This document shows, piece after piece, positions 39,946 to 51,337 of a stretch of DNA of 64,000 nt; the stretch's first letter is position 1; each line of letters opens with the position of its first letter. The position numbers and the translations under genes are program-made. Location: contig CAVVOP010000022.1 in the NCBI GenBank assembly GCA_963749915.1, forward strand, positions 384,001 through 448,000, read 5' to 3'. Under the pieces are notes generated by a model, which saw only the letters and a list, made by a program, of their open reading frames with translations, was not told the DNA's origin and did not search any database. The stretch comes from an uncultured cyanobacterium (GTDB taxonomy: Bacteria; Cyanobacteriota; Cyanobacteriia; Cyanobacteriales; Cyanobacteriaceae).

Positions 39946-40017
39946 ATGGTTAAGCCACGTCCAGCTCACAAAACAATCAAATTCATTGATCAATACTGCG
40001 AAATCTATCGAGATTAG
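39946..40017 (+). pseudogene. IS701-family transposase N-terminal remnant
   Basis: GGAGG RBS then MVKPRPAHKTIKFIDQYCEIYRD*, resembling cyanobacterial IS701 N-termini (from memory). Confidence 0.55.
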
Positions 40018-40319
40018 ATCATCACTCTGGGTAAAGTTCGCGTTTGGCTCTCGCGAACGAAACTCCCATTTCTAAAAAAAAAGAATACTCTGCAAATGGG
40101 GGGAGTGAACGGTTACGTCAAACCCCAAGTGCTACCCGTTATAAAACAAAATAAATTGAATATTAGCTAAGAGCGATCACCTCGTGCCGTGTCGAAGACA
40201 CGATCGCCAAAAGTAACTTTCTCTCTAAGAGACTTCTGACTCTAACCAATTTAGAATAGCACTGATTAACTATTCTCACTATAAAATAAAGGAATAATCA
40301 AAGCAGTGGGATTAAATAT

Positions 40320-40721
40320 ATGCCAAAAATCAAGTTAGAAGCCCAACTATCAAAGGAAGATTTGTTAACAGCCGTAGAACAACTAAGTAATTCTGAAATA
40401 GAAGAATTTATGCAAAATCTTATTGCATTTAGGGCTAAAAAAATTACTTCAAATTTATCAGAAAAAGAAGCAGAATTACTATTAAACATAAATCATATTC
40501 TAAATCAAGACATTCAAAAATGTTATCAATTACTCATTAAAAAAAGACAAAATGAAGAATTAACTAATAATGAATACGAGGAGTTATTAAATTTAACTGA
40601 ATTAGTAGAAAAACATCAAGCTCTACGTTTAAAATGTTTAGTGGAATTAGCTAACTTAAGAGGATGTTCTCTAGAAAAATTGATGAGTGATTTAGAAATC
40701 AAACCTAGCAATAATGAGTGA
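40320..40721 (+). CDS. Small helical hypothetical protein coupled to HNH gene
   Basis: 133-aa ORF overlapping the HNH start by 8 nt. Confidence 0.65.
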   Translation: MPKIKLEAQLSKEDLLTAVEQLSNSEIEEFMQNLIAFRAKKITSNLSEKEAELLLNINHILNQDIQKCYQLLIKKRQNEELTNNEYEELLNLTELVEKHQALRLKCLVELANLRGCSLEKLMSDLEIKPSNNE

Positions 40722-41142
40722 TTATAAACTCACAGAAGAATTAAAAAATATAGTTCGATTAAGGGCGAAAAACTGTTGTGAATATTGTTTATCTCAAGAG
40801 CAATTTGCTACTCAAAGATTTTCTATTGAACATATTTTTCCTGTAAGTAAAGGCGGTAAAACAACTGTTGATAATTTAGCTTTAGCTTGTCAAGGTTGCA
40901 ATAATTATAAATATAATAAAACAGAAGAATATGACGAATTAAGTGGTCAAACTGTTACTTTATTTAACCCTCGTCAAGACAGTTGGCAAGATCACTTTCA
41001 ATGGAATAATAATTATGATTTAATCATTGGCATAACGGGAAAAGGCAGAGTTTCAGTAAAAGTTTTACGTTTAAATAGAGAAGGTTTAGTTAATTTACGT
41101 CAAATTTTATATCCGATAGGAAAACATCCGCCTAACATCTAA
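40714..41142 (+). CDS. HNH endonuclease
   Basis: CCEYC, IEHIFPVSKGG, NLALACQGCNNYK, LFNPR...W..HF. Confidence 0.9.
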   Translation: MSDYKLTEELKNIVRLRAKNCCEYCLSQEQFATQRFSIEHIFPVSKGGKTTVDNLALACQGCNNYKYNKTEEYDELSGQTVTLFNPRQDSWQDHFQWNNNYDLIIGITGKGRVSVKVLRLNREGLVNLRQILYPIGKHPPNI

Positions 41143-41371
41143 TTTTTGTATGTGAATTTATTTTTTCTAGTTTATTTTTATCATTTGAGTTACTTAAACA
41201 TATTCTGCAGGTCTTCTCAACAGAATAAAAGGATTACCTGCTTTAATATTATGATTTGAATATTCTAGGGCGTGTTTTAAAACTATAACCACATAATGAA
41301 AGAGGCTATAGTCAACATGGTGAGGTAGTTCTCAGAATTTTTTTCGTACCGACTGGCAATACGACGATGCC

Positions 41372-42745
41372 CTAATAGTGTTGTTTCACGGCGTATAAAT
41401 CGGGTGCATATCCTAAGGCAAAACGCCAAGAATTAGTTATATCTTTGTTAGAAAAAACCGTGAAAATTATCAGTGCTATTATTGCCATTACTGCCGTCAT
41501 CGCAAACAGAAAACGATACCCTAAGTCTAGTAATAAACTACCTAAAATAGGACCTCCTAATGCTATTCCTATATCAAAACCACTAGAACAAACGGCGAAT
41601 ACTTTACCCCTTTCGGTGGCACTACATCTATCGGAAATTAAGGCTAGGGTAATCGGCACTAACATCCCCGATCCTGTGCCCTCTAATATGGCTGATAATA
41701 ATAAAACGTTATTACTCTGGACAAATGTCAATAAAATCATCGACAAGAGATAACAAATGATACTGATACTAATAAAAATACCTCTACCATGTTTATCGGA
41801 TGCTTGTCCTGAAATAAATCTCACGACAAAAGAGGCGATCGCTGCGGCAGTATAAAATAAACCTACGTTAAAATTAAGGGCAATATAGCGTATATAAAGG
41901 GGCAAAAATGTCACCAGTGTACCGAACAAACTACCGATTAACAATAGGATGATGGTAGGTACAAGAAAAGAAGCATTGGAAACTATTTGTTTAAAAGTAC
42001 GATCCTTCGATTTATCCTGTTTAAGAGAAATAACATCAGAGAAAGTTTTATTTTTAAGGGATGACTCAAATTCTTGGATTTGAGTAGCTAAGATTAAAGC
42101 CAAAATACCGCAACTAGCAGAGATGGTAAATAAGAATTGATAGCTAGTATATTCTTGTAGGAAACCTCCAACGGCTGGTCCTACAGCCATGCCAATGGGT
42201 ACAGCTAAACTCATATAACCGATTAACTCTCCTTTTTGTTTTGGGGGCGACAGGTCAACTACTAAGGCACTATAACCCGTGGTAAAAGCGGCGATGCTTA
42301 TACCGTGAAAAGCACGAATTGCCATCAATTCTGTAATGGAGTCTAACAATAAATATCCAATGGGAGCAAGAGTTGCTACTAATGTACCAATGATAATTAC
42401 TATTTTACGGCTAGGATAATCAACTGATTTACCAATAAATTTGCGTAAAACACGGATAAAAAAGTTAGTTATCCCTGAATTTAACCTTATGTCTTTAACT
42501 AACTCTATCAATCCGTTATCTGTTAATTTTCCTAACCAGACACGAGATAATAATAAACCAATAGCAAAGCATCCCATCACATAACCCACTTGTTTAGCCG
42601 TTGCACCAATATCTTCAATATAAGCGGGTAAAATAGGTAATAAACAGGTGATACTTGTCCAAAAAAATAAGGCACATATAAAGAGAATGAGCAAATTAAT
42701 CAACTTGCTTTTTTCTATACCCTGAAAATTTTTTAGGAAATTCAC
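41372..42745 (-). CDS. MFS transporter
   Basis: About 12 TM segments; GQASDKHGR motif, RAFHG, AVGPAVGG. Confidence 0.9.
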   Translation of the reverse strand: MNFLKNFQGIEKSKLINLLILFICALFFWTSITCLLPILPAYIEDIGATAKQVGYVMGCFAIGLLLSRVWLGKLTDNGLIELVKDIRLNSGITNFFIRVLRKFIGKSVDYPSRKIVIIIGTLVATLAPIGYLLLDSITELMAIRAFHGISIAAFTTGYSALVVDLSPPKQKGELIGYMSLAVPIGMAVGPAVGGFLQEYTSYQFLFTISASCGILALILATQIQEFESSLKNKTFSDVISLKQDKSKDRTFKQIVSNASFLVPTIILLLIGSLFGTLVTFLPLYIRYIALNFNVGLFYTAAAIASFVVRFISGQASDKHGRGIFISISIICYLLSMILLTFVQSNNVLLLSAILEGTGSGMLVPITLALISDRCSATERGKVFAVCSSGFDIGIALGGPILGSLLLDLGYRFLFAMTAVMAIIALIIFTVFSNKDITNSWRFALGYAPDLYAVKQHY

Positions 42746-43025
42746 GCTTTTGTCTAAGGGATTTTGTTACAAAACTTTATGTTCCATTCTACAGATAAAA
42801 AAGGGTTTTAACAATTAATCTAAAAATAAACGATTTTGATAAAACCTTTTATCTATAAATAGTGGATTCCATATTTTCATCAATCAAAAAGTCAGTTAGG
42901 TATTTACGTTTGTGGGCAAAATCCCATATTAAGTTAAGAAAAATGAAGCAGTGCCAATAATTCTTGAAAATGTTTATTAAGATGAACCATAAAGATTCTT
43001 TATCTATCTTCTTAATTTTTAATTT

Positions 43026-45278
43026 ATGGTTCACCCCCTCTACGTTGCATTTATCTGGCATCAACATCAGCCACTTTATAAATCTCGTCTCTCTAGTAAT
43101 GATTTCGGTGGTCAATATCGTTTGCCCTGGGTAAGATTACATGGCATCAAAGACTATTTAGATTTAGTTTTAATTCTCGAAAAATATCCTTTATTACATC
43201 AAACTGTCAATCTTGTTCCTTCTTTGATTTTACAGTTAGAGGAATATGCTAATGGAAGTGCCATCGATCCTTACTTAGCCTTAACTCTTACCCCCGTAAG
43301 TCAACTAACAAGAGAACAAAAAAAATATGTCATTGAATATTTTTTTGACGCTCATCATTATCATCTTATTCGCCCCCATGCTCGTTATGAAGAACTTTAT
43401 CAGGAACGTCATGCAAACGGAAAACAATGGTGTTTTGGGCATTGGCATAATCAAGATTATAGCGATTTATTGGCATGGCACAATTTGGCATGGTTTGACC
43501 CTCTTTTTTGGGATGATCCCGAAATTGCCCCATGGTTGGAAAAAGGTCAAAATTTTAATTTGAGCGATCGCCGGAATATTTGTGCCAAACAACGAGAAAT
43601 TATTGCCCGTATCATTCCGCAACATAAAAAAATGCAGGAAACAGGACAATTAGAAGTCACCACTACTCCTTACACTCATCCGATTTTGCCTTTATTAGCG
43701 GATACTAACGCCTGTCGGGTCGCTATTCCCAACATGACTTTACCTAACAGTCGTTTTCGCTGGGAAGAAGATATACCCCGTCATCTTAATAAAGCATGGG
43801 ATATGTATGAGGAGCGTTTTGGACGATCGCCGAGGGGATTATGGCCCAGTGAACAGTCCGTCAGCCCTGCCATTTTGCCCCATGTAGCCAAAAGGGGGTT
43901 TAAGTGGTTATGTTCTGATGAAGCGGTATTAGGATGGAGTCTGAATCACTTTTTCCATCGGGATGAAACGGGCAATTTATATGAACCAGAATACTTATAC
44001 CGTCCTTATCGGCTAGAAACCCCTGAAGGGGATTTAAACATCGTTTTCCGAGATCACCGTTTATCGGACTTAATCGGATTTACTTACGGGGCGATGGGTG
44101 CCAATCAAGCGGCAGGAGACTTAATCGGACATTTAGAAGCTATTTCCCGACAACTAAAACAAAGACAATGGGAAAATGAAAGTACCCTAGAAAAACCCTG
44201 GTTAGTGACGATCGCCCTAGACGGTGAAAATTGTTGGGAATTTTACGAACAAGACGGCAAATTATTCTTAGAATCCCTTTATAGTCGGCTATCCCAACAA
44301 TCACAAATCAAATTAGTTACCGTTTCTGAATTTATCGAACAATTTCCCCCCACTGATACCCTCAATAGTGGCAGTTTACATAGTGGTTCATGGGTTGATG
44401 GTAGCTTTAATACCTGGATTGGAGATCCTGCTAAAAATCGGGCTTGGGAATATCTCAAAGCCGCCCGTGAAACCCTTGCTAAACATCCCGAAGCCACAGA
44501 AGAAAAGAACCCCGAAGTATGGGAAGCACTTTTCGCCGCCGAGGGTTCCGATTGGTTTTGGTGGTTTGGCGATCCTCACCATTCCAACCATGATGCCATG
44601 TTTGATCAATTGTTCAGAGAACATTTGATTGCACTATATCAGGCTTTAGATGAAACTCCGCCAGAGTATTTATATCAACCTGTTGCCGAAGTAGAAACCA
44701 AATTAGCCAACGATTATTTACCGGCCAGTTTCATTCATCCCGTCATAGACGGTAGAGGAGACGAGGAAAATTGGGATAAGGCTGGAAAAATCAAAATTGG
44801 TGGAGCAAGGGGGACAATGCACCGTGCAAGTACCATTCCTGCGATCTTTTACGGTTGGGATCACCTTAACTTTTATCTGCGTTTTGACTTAAAACCCGGA
44901 GTTAAACCAGGACAAGATTTACCCTCAGAATTACACTTAACTTGGTTTTACCCAGGTAGATTAACTCATAATAATCATATTTCTTTAGGCAACTTACCTG
45001 ATGAAGCTCCCCTTAATTATTACTATCATCATCATCTCGTTATTAACTTAGTAACTCAAACTTACTGGTTACAAGAGGCTGGAGAAGATTTAAATTGGCA
45101 TTCTCGTTATTGCAGTGCCAAAATTGCCTTAGATACCTGTGTAGAAGTTTCTGTGCCTTGGAAAGATTTAGATATCGACCCCGATGCTGAAATCAACTTA
45201 GTAGCCATATTAGCAGAAAATGGTCAATATAAGGAATATTTGCCCGAAAACACCTTAATTCGTCTACAAGCACCGTAA
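43026..45278 (+). CDS. Glycoside hydrolase family 57 protein
   Basis: WHQHQP, HPILPL, GLWPSE, LDGENCW, AEGSDWFWW. Confidence 0.92.
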   Translation: MVHPLYVAFIWHQHQPLYKSRLSSNDFGGQYRLPWVRLHGIKDYLDLVLILEKYPLLHQTVNLVPSLILQLEEYANGSAIDPYLALTLTPVSQLTREQKKYVIEYFFDAHHYHLIRPHARYEELYQERHANGKQWCFGHWHNQDYSDLLAWHNLAWFDPLFWDDPEIAPWLEKGQNFNLSDRRNICAKQREIIARIIPQHKKMQETGQLEVTTTPYTHPILPLLADTNACRVAIPNMTLPNSRFRWEEDIPRHLNKAWDMYEERFGRSPRGLWPSEQSVSPAILPHVAKRGFKWLCSDEAVLGWSLNHFFHRDETGNLYEPEYLYRPYRLETPEGDLNIVFRDHRLSDLIGFTYGAMGANQAAGDLIGHLEAISRQLKQRQWENESTLEKPWLVTIALDGENCWEFYEQDGKLFLESLYSRLSQQSQIKLVTVSEFIEQFPPTDTLNSGSLHSGSWVDGSFNTWIGDPAKNRAWEYLKAARETLAKHPEATEEKNPEVWEALFAAEGSDWFWWFGDPHHSNHDAMFDQLFREHLIALYQALDETPPEYLYQPVAEVETKLANDYLPASFIHPVIDGRGDEENWDKAGKIKIGGARGTMHRASTIPAIFYGWDHLNFYLRFDLKPGVKPGQDLPSELHLTWFYPGRLTHNNHISLGNLPDEAPLNYYYHHHLVINLVTQTYWLQEAGEDLNWHSRYCSAKIALDTCVEVSVPWKDLDIDPDAEINLVAILAENGQYKEYLPENTLIRLQAP

Positions 45279-45509
45279 TCCTGAGATCTTGCGCCTCTGC
45301 TAAAAGCTCTAAAAATTTAGGTTTGAGGTTTGAGGTTTTAGGTTAAGAAAAAAGAAGTAAATTCGAGTTATTGTGGGAAAAGTCCCCTTAATTCCTGTCT
45401 CAACTTTTAAAAATAGCTAAAAAATCCCTAACCTAACACCCAACCCAATACTGGGAGGGATTTGAATCCTTAGAGAGAAAATTTGAACTTTGTATTACAT
45501 AACAAGCGA

Positions 45510-47876
45510 CTACTCCCTTGTCTTCAACACAGCAACCAAATCTAAACCATCGATTTGACGACGAATAATTGAACCTGAAACTAATCCAGCGATCGCCACT
45601 ATGATAAAAGTAAAAGCATAATTAGATTTGGTAATTATTAAAGGTAAACGATATAATTCGGAGTTGTATGCAGAAGACATTAATGCGGCTAAACCGTAGC
45701 CGATTAAATAACCTACGGGAATTGCTAATAAAATTAAAATTGCTTGTTCTCCCAGTAAAATAAAGGCAACTTCAGCCTTAGTAAAGCCGATAATTCGCAG
45801 ACTGGCTAGTTCTCTTCCCCTTTCCGAAAGGGCGATACGGGCAGAATTATAAACAACGCTAAAGGTAATAATACAAGCAAAAATCACTAGCCAAGTAGTC
45901 ATTATATTGAGATTTTCCCCACTAATTTCTTGAAAACTATTTAAACTAGCTTTACGAGTAGATATTCCTGTCACTGCCGGGATTTGTTTTAATTCTGTAT
46001 AAAGTTGATTTGCCATAGGGAAATCGACAGAAAGATAAGCCCCAGAAATAGTTGCCCCTTCACGCATCAAGCGATTGAGGGCGTGAATATCAATATATAC
46101 TTGTATTCCTAACAGTTCATCGACTAATCCAGCTACTGTAATTTGACGCACAGGACGACTTCCTTCCAACACTTGTACGGTAAGAATATCTCCGGGTTTA
46201 ACCCCTAATATTTCGGCTAGTTTGGTCGTTATGACTACTCCATTACTAGGGAGATAAATTGAGTGTAAATTCTTATCTAGTAAACGACGCAATTGTCCTT
46301 GGGCTTGAATGCCAGTTAAAACCGCACGATAGTTGTGATGTTCAAAACGCAGTCGTACAGGAACTAAGCGAAATACTTCAGAATCAATTACTCCAGGTAA
46401 ATTAGCCACCTCATAACGAGTGCGAGAAGGGTGGGGTTCATTAAATATAATAGTCATGTCTTCTCTTTGTACCTGACGGAATTGAAAATCCATCAAATAG
46501 TTAATCCCATCTTTCAGATAATTCCCCGTAATTAGAATTGCTACTGCTAAGGAAATTCCCAGAATTGATAAACTAGCCTGAACCGGTTTGCGTTCTAAAT
46601 TCCTTAAAATAATTCTTCCTGTCACAGAAAAAAAACGCTGTAACCCTAGTCTTTCAATTATGGTGGCCTTAAACTGGGCGGGAGGTTCAGGGTGCATTCC
46701 TTGAGCTGGAGGTAAGGAAACAGCTTTATTCACGGCCATAAATGCTCCGATGGCAGCGGCAGAATAACTGACGATAATGGCAGTGGCCAACACTTTAGGA
46801 GTAAAATCATAACGCAGCAAGGGAAACTTATAAAACTGGGCGTAAAGTTGTGTAAGACCTCTTCCCAACCATAAACCGCCTAAAATACCTAAGATTGAGC
46901 CAAAAGTAACAATAATTAGCACAAATTTTAAATAGTGCCCACCAATGGTCAAATTATCATAACCAAAAGCCTTCAAGACAGCTATCTGTTCCCTTTGTGT
47001 ACCTACCAAACGGGATAAAACCACGTGCAGCAGAAAAGCCGCAATACCCAAGAAAATTGAAGGTAGTAGGGTTGCCATAATTTCTAAACCCTTAATCTCG
47101 TCAGAGAGAATGGAATGGGAAATTTGGTCCTCTCTTCCGTAAGCACCTAAACCGCCATAACGGGCTAACAATTTATCCAATTGGCTAATAACCTCAATCT
47201 CCTTGGCCCCAGGACTCAAAAAGAGGGTAAGATTGTTAAAGGCACCATCAAGATCATAGGCTTTCCCCAAGGCATCTCGACCCATCCAAATAATGCCAAA
47301 CCGTTTATTATCAGGATACAATTCTCCTGCCCCTCTTACCTCATAGACATATTCAGGAGAAAGGGCAGTACCGACAATCTGTAGCCTTTCCCATTTCCCA
47401 TTAATAATTGCCCCAATGCTATCTCCCAAGTGTAATTGATTTGATTTAGCAAATACTTCGCTAATCAATACTTCATCTCCTCTCCCTGGTTCGATATAAC
47501 GTCCCTGACGGATAAAAATATCGTTTAGCATCGAAACTTGTTGTTCGGGGATAGAAATCAATCTCCCTGTAGCCGGTTCAGGTAAATTAGGAATATCTAA
47601 GGTAACATCCACGACAATGCGGGTTTGAGTTTGGGCTACCCCCGGTATATCGGCAATTTGTTCTTTAAGGGTTTCAGGGGCACGTTTGAGAGAGGTAAAA
47701 ACTTGGGCAAAATGATATTCGTTATAGTAAGTATTTTGAGTTAAAGTTAGGGATGTATAAGCACTCCTCGCCATGACAAAACTAGCAATGCCACAGGCAA
47801 CTACTAATGCGATCGCCATTAATTGTCCCCGTGCGTACCATAAGTCTCGAAATAATTTGCGATCGAGGGAGGTCAT
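45510..47876 (-). CDS. ABC transporter permease (FtsX/MacB-type, duplicated)
   Basis: LDRKLFRDL, QREQIAVLKAFG, ERGRELASLRIIG, DLVAVLKTRE. Confidence 0.9.
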   Translation of the reverse strand: MTSLDRKLFRDLWYARGQLMAIALVVACGIASFVMARSAYTSLTLTQNTYYNEYHFAQVFTSLKRAPETLKEQIADIPGVAQTQTRIVVDVTLDIPNLPEPATGRLISIPEQQVSMLNDIFIRQGRYIEPGRGDEVLISEVFAKSNQLHLGDSIGAIINGKWERLQIVGTALSPEYVYEVRGAGELYPDNKRFGIIWMGRDALGKAYDLDGAFNNLTLFLSPGAKEIEVISQLDKLLARYGGLGAYGREDQISHSILSDEIKGLEIMATLLPSIFLGIAAFLLHVVLSRLVGTQREQIAVLKAFGYDNLTIGGHYLKFVLIIVTFGSILGILGGLWLGRGLTQLYAQFYKFPLLRYDFTPKVLATAIIVSYSAAAIGAFMAVNKAVSLPPAQGMHPEPPAQFKATIIERLGLQRFFSVTGRIILRNLERKPVQASLSILGISLAVAILITGNYLKDGINYLMDFQFRQVQREDMTIIFNEPHPSRTRYEVANLPGVIDSEVFRLVPVRLRFEHHNYRAVLTGIQAQGQLRRLLDKNLHSIYLPSNGVVITTKLAEILGVKPGDILTVQVLEGSRPVRQITVAGLVDELLGIQVYIDIHALNRLMREGATISGAYLSVDFPMANQLYTELKQIPAVTGISTRKASLNSFQEISGENLNIMTTWLVIFACIITFSVVYNSARIALSERGRELASLRIIGFTKAEVAFILLGEQAILILLAIPVGYLIGYGLAALMSSAYNSELYRLPLIITKSNYAFTFIIVAIAGLVSGSIIRRQIDGLDLVAVLKTRE

Positions 47877-47992
47877 ATACTAAATGGGAATGAATTGATG
47901 GTAATTATATCGCTCCAAGGATCGGTTAATCAATTATACTCTAACTGACTAATCACGGGAGCAACATTTTTATGATCTTGAGCAACATAAAT

Positions 47993-48667
47993 TCACCAAG
48001 GTAAAATTTCTCCGTTGGCATGCCAGAAGGTTCCTGTGTTTTCTAGATTTAATTCCTCAATTCTAGACAATAGTCCTTCTACCGATTGTTTGGGAGTAAT
48101 ACCAGAATTGGTAAACCCGGTCATGCGTGTTTTCACTAAGCCTGGATGAAGAATAGCCACCGCAATACCTTTGGGTTTTAGGTCTATGGATAGTGATTTC
48201 CCTGCCATCGATACGGCTACCTTCGACATACGATAGCCGTAATATCCTCCTGATGTATTGTCTTCAATTGATCCCATACGACTAGTCATCACAATGATTT
48301 TTGAGCCTTCTTTGAGATTAGGTAGTAAGGCCTTGGTTAAACGTAGGGTTCCTATGGCATTGACTTCGAATTGCTTACGAATGCCATCGAAATCCAGATT
48401 TTCTAGACTTGTGGACTCTAATATGCCAGCATTATTAATCAAAACGTCAATTGGTTTGCCCTTTAGCTTTTTGACTAGCTTAGCAACCGATTCGTCAGAA
48501 GTAATATCTACTCCTGGCTCTATAGATACACCGAGATTATTCAACTCCTCTGAAGTGCCTCGACAAACAGCAATTACTTGATGTTCTTTTTCTTTTAGTT
48601 GACGACAATATTCTAAACCAATACCTCGATTAGCTCCGGTGACTAAATAAGTACCCATTTCTAGCAT
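47993..48667 (-). CDS. Short-chain dehydrogenase/reductase (CsgA/C-factor-like)
   Basis: TGANRGIG, LINNAG, YRMSK, HPGLVKT. Confidence 0.92.
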   Translation of the reverse strand: MLEMGTYLVTGANRGIGLEYCRQLKEKEHQVIAVCRGTSEELNNLGVSIEPGVDITSDESVAKLVKKLKGKPIDVLINNAGILESTSLENLDFDGIRKQFEVNAIGTLRLTKALLPNLKEGSKIIVMTSRMGSIEDNTSGGYYGYRMSKVAVSMAGKSLSIDLKPKGIAVAILHPGLVKTRMTGFTNSGITPKQSVEGLLSRIEELNLENTGTFWHANGEILPW

Positions 48668-48826
48668 ACCTTTGAATATTTATACTTGATCAATTGCCTA
48701 AAATATTATACTAACTCATTGTTATTTAATCGCAATATCACTAAGAGAAGGAAATTGAAAGGTAACTTACCATGACGAAACACCTATTCCTTGGCATTTG
48801 GGTAATAAAGAAGACTTACAAGCAAT

Positions 48827-51010
48827 TTATCTACGGCATTTGGGATTAGGATTATTTAAACACGTCCAATTATCTAAACGGGAAGGATTAGAAGTTGAGT
48901 CCGATTGAATAGAAGTTGAGTCAGACTTAATAGAAATTGAACGGGAGAGATTAGAAGTTGAGTTAGACTTAGTAGAAATTGAACGGGGGGGACTAGAAGT
49001 TGCATTAGACTTAGTAGAATTTGACCTTAAGCGACTAGTGCTTGAGCGAGAACGACGTGTTGATCTGGAAGGAGAAGAGGCTGAAGGAGAGGGAGGGATT
49101 GATCTGGGACGGGCCTGATATCTTTTCCTAGATGTAGCAGCAGCTTGAGCACTTGCAATTCCGGCTTTTGCCTTTTGGATAATTAGTTCCCTTTGCTTTT
49201 GCCAGTAGTCATTATCGCTGATTTTCTGGGCTGCATTAATAGCATCTTGCCAGCGACCCCCATTTATTGCCTGTTGAGCGGCTTGCAGATGAGTTTGATT
49301 CTCATTCCATTCTTGATTCCACTGTTGAATTGTTTCCTGTGCCTTTTGAACCCAAGGACCAAAATTGGGAATAGCTCTGGCGATCGCTATTGCTTCCTTG
49401 AGATTTCCTCCTTGGTATTTGTTGGTGGCGATTTGGAACATTTCTTCACACCAGCGAGATATAAGTTGCTGTGCTTCTAAATAAAAATTAGTATCCGTAG
49501 GAACTTGGGTCGCCAAGACGATCGCCTCTTTTAATCTGCTCTGTTCAGCCAGCTTTCTTGCCTGATCCAGTTGTTTTTTCAGCTGTCCTTGTTGGCAATC
49601 AGACTGAAGACTTTGTGCTTCAGTGTTTAATTGCGAATCAGTGTTTAATTGTGAATAAGTTTGGGAGAATCCTTGCACTTGTTGTAGACATTCTTGGTAT
49701 TTTTCCGCTTCCTTAAGTGCCTCGATTTGTCCTAAAGCTTCCTGAGCCTTTAAATAAGCCTGCTTGTAGGTGATGTAACTATAACCAGCAAATATACTTG
49801 CAAACACAGAGATAATTCCTGCTCCCATCAGCAGTAGAGACTTGTTGAGAGGAACCAACATAGGAGTAAGGCGGCTAGACTTTAAGTCTTCCGATGGCAC
49901 TAATAAATCTACAGGAGGAACTAAATTCTTCCTCTGTTCTCCATCAGAGGTTATTATGGGATTTATCCGGCTCCTGCCCATAGTTAGTGGAAGCAGACGT
50001 TTGTGATTGACTAGTGGCTTAGGTTTTCGCACTACTTCAGTAATTCGGATAGGCCCTAAATCTTGTGCTGTTGCTAATGAATCCAGGGGAGAAATTAAAC
50101 TTTTCCTCTTTTCTCCTTGAGGATCTAATTTTTGACTTACTTTACTGCCGTCTGAAGTTGTTGAGATAATTAGTGGGATTTGCTCGTTATTGGTTAGTGG
50201 TTGAAGTTCTTGTAGAACTTCGGTAGCCGACTGATAGCGATTTTGAAAATGGTAGCGAACCATCTTACTAAGGATAACAGCTAGCTCATCACTAACCTCC
50301 GCAAAACCTTGCCAGATAACCTCACCATTCTTATCTTCACGTAGGCGAAGGGGGGGGACGCCTGTAAGGGCTTGAATACAAGTTATTCCTAAGGCATAAA
50401 TATCACTGTTAAAGCGTGGTTTACCTCGTAACTGCTCCATAGGTATGTATCCTTGGGTGCCAATAGAGATAGTCGTTTGAGTCAGCGGTGCATTAGTAAA
50501 CATGTTGGGAGAACGAATTTGCTTGACGGCACCAAAGTCAATCAAGACTAATCGACCATCTTTCCGTCGCCTAATCAAATTATTGGGTTTGATATCGCGG
50601 TGAATAACCTCATAACTATGAACAAATTCTAGAATCGGTAAGACATCTTGTAACATTTCGATGACTTGGTTTTCAGTCCAGGGAGTGCCAGTTTTTATTT
50701 GCATACTGAGGGTTTCACCCTCGATTAACTCTTGTACTAAGTAAAATTCTTGGTTTTCTTCAAAGTAAGCCAACAGTCGAGGAATCTGGTTATGCTGACC
50801 AAGTTTTTCTAATATTTCTGCTTCTTGGTGAAATAGACGCCTGGCACTTGGCAAAAAACTAGGATCATTATCCATAGGCTTGAGGAATTTGACGGCACAC
50901 CTAGGGTGACCAGGTCGGTGAAGGTCTTCCGCAATATACGTTTTAGCTAATCCCCCTTTTCCCAAGTTTTGAACGATTCGGTAGTGTCCGCCTAATATTT
51001 GATTTAACAT
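48827..51010 (-). CDS. Hanks-type Ser/Thr protein kinase with TM helix and Ser-rich tail
   Basis: LGKGG, AVK, HRDIKPNN, DFG, SDIYALG. Confidence 0.93.
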   Translation of the reverse strand: MLNQILGGHYRIVQNLGKGGLAKTYIAEDLHRPGHPRCAVKFLKPMDNDPSFLPSARRLFHQEAEILEKLGQHNQIPRLLAYFEENQEFYLVQELIEGETLSMQIKTGTPWTENQVIEMLQDVLPILEFVHSYEVIHRDIKPNNLIRRRKDGRLVLIDFGAVKQIRSPNMFTNAPLTQTTISIGTQGYIPMEQLRGKPRFNSDIYALGITCIQALTGVPPLRLREDKNGEVIWQGFAEVSDELAVILSKMVRYHFQNRYQSATEVLQELQPLTNNEQIPLIISTTSDGSKVSQKLDPQGEKRKSLISPLDSLATAQDLGPIRITEVVRKPKPLVNHKRLLPLTMGRSRINPIITSDGEQRKNLVPPVDLLVPSEDLKSSRLTPMLVPLNKSLLLMGAGIISVFASIFAGYSYITYKQAYLKAQEALGQIEALKEAEKYQECLQQVQGFSQTYSQLNTDSQLNTEAQSLQSDCQQGQLKKQLDQARKLAEQSRLKEAIVLATQVPTDTNFYLEAQQLISRWCEEMFQIATNKYQGGNLKEAIAIARAIPNFGPWVQKAQETIQQWNQEWNENQTHLQAAQQAINGGRWQDAINAAQKISDNDYWQKQRELIIQKAKAGIASAQAAATSRKRYQARPRSIPPSPSASSPSRSTRRSRSSTSRLRSNSTKSNATSSPPRSISTKSNSTSNLSRSISIKSDSTSIQSDSTSNPSRLDNWTCLNNPNPKCRR

Positions 51011-51337
51011 TGCCTAATGTCCCTGGGTCTCAACAAAATCATTACATGTAATCTGATTTAACTAGGGCTTGCTGAAGATGTCAATCAGTCATCTTGATAT
51101 TTCCTAGCTAGATTTGCATTATAGTCTATCACCCGCTTTCTCCGTTGCCGCGATCACGGAGTGGCAGGAGAAGGGTAATCGCCCCAAAACTCAGTTTTTC
51201 ACTTTCATTTGCGGAGCATAATTTTACCTTCTGCCTCCCGCCTCCTGACTTGAAAGTGCCAACTTTCATCTCTGATGGTGAAAATTTTTTTTCATGGGGA
51301 CTGCCTTCTGCCTTCGCTCCGTTAGGAACTTATTATT

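Noticed and set aside
41266..41374. Possible MITE with TAGGGCGTGTTTTAAAAC left end
   Set aside because: Right end matches only GCCCTA; too degenerate to support
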